Source of the DNA: the human T2T-CHM13v2.0 reference genome, Homo sapiens
Assembly (NCBI RefSeq): GCF_009914755.1
Contig: NC_060947.1
Length of the DNA: 64,000 bases
Reading direction: 5' to 3' (one strand)
The position numbers and the translations under genes are program-made. Shown here piece by piece: positions 56,459-64,000 of this stretch (position 1 is the first letter of the stretch; the number at the start of each line of letters is the position of its first letter). The notes under the pieces were generated by a model. It made no database searches, was not told where the DNA came from, and worked only from the letters and a program-made list of their open reading frames with translations.

Positions 56459-57389
56459 ATCGCACACAGGTACAGGGCAGAAGTGGATCTAGAGCACAAG
56501 TAGTGACTCTGGACCATAGTGCGCCCACACTGTAAGTCCAAAAGATTAGAATAGTCTGAAAGGGGAAGTGGAGGCAGCTCTCCTCAGGAGGAAAGATGGG
56601 GCCGTGAGGAGCCAGCTCTTTATGTTATCACACACAAATTTCTTACTGAGATGAATCAGCAAAAAACAAAGTCAAGAGCTCTTGCTGGGAGAGCAGGGGC
56701 CTTGCCCTTTTCGGCATGCCTGATTCATTGTGTACTCACATGAAACTCCCCTTGATTATGATCTCCTGTGGGCCATGGGCAGGACTTATTCCATTAGATG
56801 GGAATGAACCCTGAGCACCTCTCCTAATGGAAGCTATGGGGTGATTTCCCTCTAGGGGATGAGCCAAGCTGACAGGTTCAATGTAGCCTCAGCCCAGATG
56901 CGGTTGATGTTGGAGCCTGGGGCTCTGGTCTATCCTTCCCAAGTATCCTTCCTAACAGGTTCAGCTTCTCGAAATCCCTCTTGTACTGAGGCCCCTGTCT
57001 CCCACACTCTCCCTTTATTTCTTCCCCAAGTCCTGAAGTTCGGAAAGCAGAGTTGGAGGGAGAAGCTGTTGCCTGGGGCCTGAGAAGCTGAGTTTCTGGC
57101 CATTGATAAAATTATCCTTCCCCTCAGTACACCAGGGCTCCTTGACATGGCTGTCCCTGCTTGTTTTCCCTCCACTAGCTGCTCCTAAGCTTCTCATGCT
57201 TTCTTATCTGGAGGGGAGGAGTAATAGGGTTATCAGCTGACACCAACACTCTGCCATTTCATCATCACTCATCATTGCACATGTAGTTACCACTTATTGA
57301 GAACCTGCTGTGTACATGTCAAGATCTGCATTCAGCGATTTACATGTTATTTCTCAAAAACTGAAGGGCTGAGATTTTACCCTACTTAC

Positions 57390-58011
57390 TGTTGCTGGAA
57401 AGGGGTCCTGATCCAAACCCCAAGAGAGGTTTCTTGAATCTCGCGCAAGAAAGACTTCGGAGTGAGTCCATAAAGTGAAAGCAAGCTTATTAAGAAGGTA
57501 AAGGAGTAAAAGAATGGCTACTCCATAGGCAGAGCAGCAGCATGAGCTGCTGGTTGGCCATTTTTATGGTTATTTCTTGATTATATGCTAAGTAAGGGGT
57601 GAGCTATTCATGAGTTTTCCGGGAAAGGGGTGGACAATACCCATAACTGAGGGTTCCTCCTCTTTTTAGACAATATATGATAACTTCCTGATGTTGCCAT
57701 GGCATTTGTAGACTGTCCTGGCTCTGGTAGGAGTGTCTTTCAGCAAGCTAATGAATTACGATTAGTGTATAATGAGCAGTGAGGATGACCAGAGGTCACT
57801 TTCATCACCATCTTGATTTTGGTGGGTTTTCCCGGCTTCTTTACCACAACCTGTTTTATCAGCAAGGTCTTTATGACCTGTATCTTGTGCCAACCTTCTG
57901 TCTCACCCTGTGACTTAGAATGCCCAACCTTCTGGAAATACAGCCCAATAGGTCTCAGCCTTATTTTACACAACCCCTATTCAAGATGGAATCATTCTGG
58001 TTCAAATGACA
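57390..58011 (-). mobile_element. MER41 (MER41B-like) ERV1 solo LTR
   Basis: ggaaaggggtcctgatccaaaccccaagagagg...gaatggctactccataggcagagcagc...cccctattcaagatgga. Confidence 0.85.
57617..57625. promoter_or_regulatory. STAT GAS motif TTCCGGGAA within MER41
   Basis: Exact TTCNNNGAA motif at the known MER41B position; function untested. Confidence 0.55.
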
Positions 58012-58017
58012 ACATTA

Positions 58018-58312
58018 TGAAGGAAACCAAACTGATTGCACCCCATAATATACTTCTTTGGCATATTTCAAGATGGCTATTCAGAGGGGCTGCAAATGGC
58101 CGGGTGAGGTGGCTCACGCCTGTAATCTCAGAATTTTGGGAGGCCCAGATGGGCAGATTACCTGAGGTTAGGAGTGTGAGACTAGCCTGGCCAACGTGGC
58201 GAAACCCTGTCTCTACTAAAAATACAAAAAATTAGCCGGGTGTAGTGGCAAGCACCTGTAATCCCAGCTACTCGGGAGGCTGAGGCAGGAGAATTGCTTG
58301 AACCTGGGAGGC
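58018..58312 (+). mobile_element. MER34-like LTR 5' stub (58018-58097) followed by a 3'-truncated Alu (58098-58312)
   Basis: tgaaggaaacc...gatggctattcagagggg; Alu stops at gggaggcg. Confidence 0.7.
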
Positions 58313-58340
58313 GTATATATATAAAAAAAAAAAAAATATA

Positions 58341-58382
<42 letters not shown>

Positions 58383-58660
58383 AGGGCATCTCGCTGCCTC
58401 TGGAGGATTTAAAACTGGAAAGGCAGGACATGCCCTCCACATCCCTGAGGCGTGTGGTGGGCCTGGGTCGGGGCCTAGGGTAACCTCTAACAAAGACTAC
58501 CCAGCAGGACAGTTTTTTCCCCCATTTCTCTCTCTCTCTCTCTCTGTATCTCTCTCTCTCTCTCTCTGTATCTCTCTCTCTCACACACACACACGCAAGA
58601 ATAAGTTGCTAGCAGATAAAATTTCTTATAAATTGTTTTCCCTTTGCTTGCTACTGCTTA

Positions 58661-59350
<690 letters not shown>

Positions 59351-59748
59351 GAAAGAAAAAGAAAAAATCCCAAAGAGCACCCTATGTCTTTCCACAAAGA
59401 GTCCCCTGATTCTAGGAGCTCCCCTGCTTCACCCAGCCACAGGATCCCTGGTGGGAGCTCAGGATGGAACATGATTTGTCACATTTTGGGGCTTAAGAAA
59501 CAAGAATTGAGCCAGTTAGGGTGAGGCAGAGCAGCCGCAAAGGGGGAAAGAAGATGACAAGACAGACAGGTATGAAATGGGGAACCAGTCCCAGGAGGAT
59601 TTAAATACCAGGATGGATTTTGTTCTAGCAAACAGACAAACGTTTGAAGGTTTTTGAGCTGGTGATACTTAATAAAAGTATAAAATGCACTAGGAAGCTG
59701 TACCTTCCACCATACAGGGAATGGACTCCAATGGAAAGGTCCTAGACA

Positions 59749-60614
59749 CAGTGGTTCTCTACTCTCACTGCATATTAGAATTACTCAGGGAGCTTTATAA
59801 AAATCCCGATGTCCCAGCCCCAGCCAGACCAATTAAGTCAAATCTCTGGGAGTGGTGCCCAGGTACTAATACTTTTTCAAACTCTTCAGGTGAATGACTG
59901 CTAAGGGGTATGAGGTTTCTTTGGGAGTGATGAAAATATTCTGGAATTAGATAGTGGTGATGGTTGTGCAACTTGGTGAATATACTAAAAATATCACTGA
60001 GCTGTACACTTTAAAAAGGTGAATTTTATGCTATGTGAATTACATCTCAATAAAAGGAAGAAAGAGAAAGGAAGGAAGAAGGAAAGAAGGAAAGGGGAAG
60101 AAGGGAAGGAGGGAGGGAGGGGGGAGGAAGGAAGGAAGGAAAGGAAAGAAGGGAGGGAGGGGGGAAAAAGGAAGAAAAAGGGAAAGAGGGGAGAAGGAGA
60201 GAAGCTGGGAGGGCAAGAGAGAGGGGCAGAAAAAGAGGGAAGGGGCCAGGCGTGGTGGCTCACGCCTGTAATCCCAGCACTTTGGGAGGCCGAGGCAGGT
60301 GGATCACGAGGTCAGGAGTTCAAGACCAGCCTGGCCAAGATGATGAAGCCCCATCTCTACTAAAAATACAAAAAATTAGCCGGGCATGGTGGTGGGCACC
60401 TGTGATCCTAGCTACTCAGAAGGCTGAGGCAGAGAATTGCTTGAACCTGGGAGGCAGAGGTTGCAGTGAGCTGAGATCATGCCACTGCACTCCAGTCTGG
60501 ACAATAGAGTGAGGCTCCGTCTCAAAAAAAAAAAAAAAAAGAGGGAAGGAAAGACAGAGACAGAGTGAACTCCCCAGCAGATTGCAATATGCAACCAGAA
60601 TAGAGAGCCACTGG
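59749..60614 (+). mobile_element. MER5A split by an L1MB 3' end (59894-60055), a purine tract and an Alu (60244-60540)
   Basis: cagtggttctc...ccagaccaattaagtcaaatctctggg...caggtga, resumes aactccccagcagattgcaatatgcaaccag...ccactg. Confidence 0.7.
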
Positions 60615-60890
60615 TCTAGAGAAAAAGAGAGTTCTGTTGTGATTCAGACCCAAAAGTATGGGGCCAGCAGCGGGGCAAATCCCAGTGGAAAAGTCAGCTG
60701 TAAGGCACGGTACAGAGGAAAACTGGCCAGCAGTACAGTATTTAATGTCTGATTGGTTGCAGAAGGTGAGGAAAATAAAACAGAAGGTAAAGACTTAAGC
60801 TAATGTTTTCAGCCTCAGTGACTGAAGAAACGCAGATTTGACACGGGGAGGAAGAAACAGCCAGAGATTAGTTCCATTTAGACATGTTGA

Positions 60891-61207
<317 letters not shown>

Positions 61208-61287
61208 TCAGATGTTCTGCAAACAACTGCAGGTTGAAATAAATAAAAGCCATACACCATGACCACGAGATAGGAAGCAGGATATAG

Positions 61288-61637
<350 letters not shown>

Positions 61638-61871
61638 TTAAACAAGGTACTAACCTCTTTGAACATGCTTCCATATCTGTGAAATGTGGTTAGTAATACC
61701 TGCCCTGCCCACCTCACAAAGTTTTCATATGAATGAAATGAATATTAAAGAGCTTGGAAAACTATAAAGTGTTATACAGCTGTAAGGTGTAGGACATATG
61801 GTCACATGATTTTCAACAAAGGCACAAAAGAAATTCAAAGGAGAAAAAAAGTCTTGTCAATAAACAGTGGT

Positions 61872-62172
<301 letters not shown>

Positions 62173-62396
62173 TTAGTCAGCACTATATTTAGCTGCGGTA
62201 ACTAGAAAAGGACAGACATTATGAGAGAACTATTTACTTAGGCTTTCACTGCCATGAAAATTTAGTCTTTAGCCTATAAAACTTAACCCCAGATTAAATT
62301 CTGCATGGACCTTGCAACTGAGTAAAATCAAAGTGCATCTCATGTCAAACGCTATGTGCATAATTGAATTTTTGCAAACCTAATCATAATCTAAAC

Positions 62397-62621
62397 CAAG
62401 AGTCAGCAGGCTTTTTTAAAAAGGACCAGATAGCAAATATTTTAGGCTTTGCAGCCCATATGGTCCCCGTGGCAACTCTTCAGCTCTGCTGTTGTTACAC
62501 AAAAGCAGCCATGGACAATATGTAAACAAATGGGCAGTGTGGCTGTGTTCCAATAAAACTTTATTTACAAAAACAGACAGCAGGGTAGATTTGGTCTACA
62601 GGCTATAGTTTACTGACCCCT
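62397..62621 (+). mobile_element. MER58A hAT DNA transposon
   Basis: ccagatagcaaatattttaggctttgc...ggctgtgttccaataaaactttatttacaaaaacag...ctgacccct. Confidence 0.85.
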
Positions 62622-63202
62622 AATCCAAACATACTAGAAAACAGCTTGTTATGTAAACTAAATTTGAAAGAAGTTTTTTAAATTACATTAAAAAGTTCTT
62701 TCATAATGTACTTCCCACGTCCCCACCCCTGCGCACTTTTTTTTCTTTCTTTTTTGTAAATTGAACTTAGAATATTGGATATGCTGCAAACAAAGCAAAT
62801 CCATACCAAATGTCACTGTGACTGGAAGGACTCTTGAGCAATGATTTTGCTTAGTCTCCTAACGTGAAATAAATCTGTGTCTAAATTGTCTCAGAAAGAT
62901 GACAATTTGATGATCCACTAAGAGTTACAAGAAAATTTGATCCAATATTGCCTTAATAATCCATGTTATCCTCAAAATAAAATCACTTTTTCTTATACCT
63001 AATCCCAACCTTCTCGACCTATCTTCCGTAGAAAGAGTAAACATCCAGCTTTTGACTTCCTTCAGTATTAACCACCTCTGGATGATAATTCATTCACAAA
63101 GTCAGCCTGAGGTCATCAAGGATCACTTGGCTATAGGTAGCATGTCCCCTTGGACGGCCCCTTAAAGCCACAAGTATTTTCATAGAGGCAATGATGTCTT
63201 AG

Positions 63203-63860
<658 letters not shown>

Positions 63861-64000
63861 TCTTATGCCTCTTTTAGCAGACTTTTATACCCATCCCCCT
63901 TCTCTTCCTGCAACATTCCAACCAAGTACAGTTTTAAAGAAATGGGAAAAAAGGGAGCTGGCACAGTGGCTTACACCTGTAATTCCAACTACTTGGGAGG

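Overview
Primate (human-like or great-ape) genomic DNA, very Alu-rich. I can support no intact protein-coding exon, and nearly all of the supplied ORFs are Alu or microsatellite artefacts. Main content: (1) an old processed pseudogene of ubinuclein-1 (UBN1, ~39.0-43.95 kb, +), broken up by a (TA)n tract, Alus, MER30 and MaLR LTRs; (2) a younger processed FDPS pseudogene (48.24-49.77 kb, -) with poly-A, TSD and an internal Alu; (3) a recent 2,682-bp Alu-Alu-mediated tandem duplication (13.3-19.0 kb) with a chimeric junction Alu and a very young AluY in only one copy; (4) by manual translation, a heavily decayed Ty3/Gypsy-type pol fossil (RT-RNase H-integrase, collinear, ~44.7-52.2 kb, +) and probably a second one at ~0.45-1.7 kb; (5) several local templated (mostly inverted) insertions and nested transposons; (6) a MER41-type LTR with an intact STAT GAS site. 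Repeat family names and protein similarities were recognised by eye from remembered consensus sequences. Boundaries are approximate unless a TSD is quoted.
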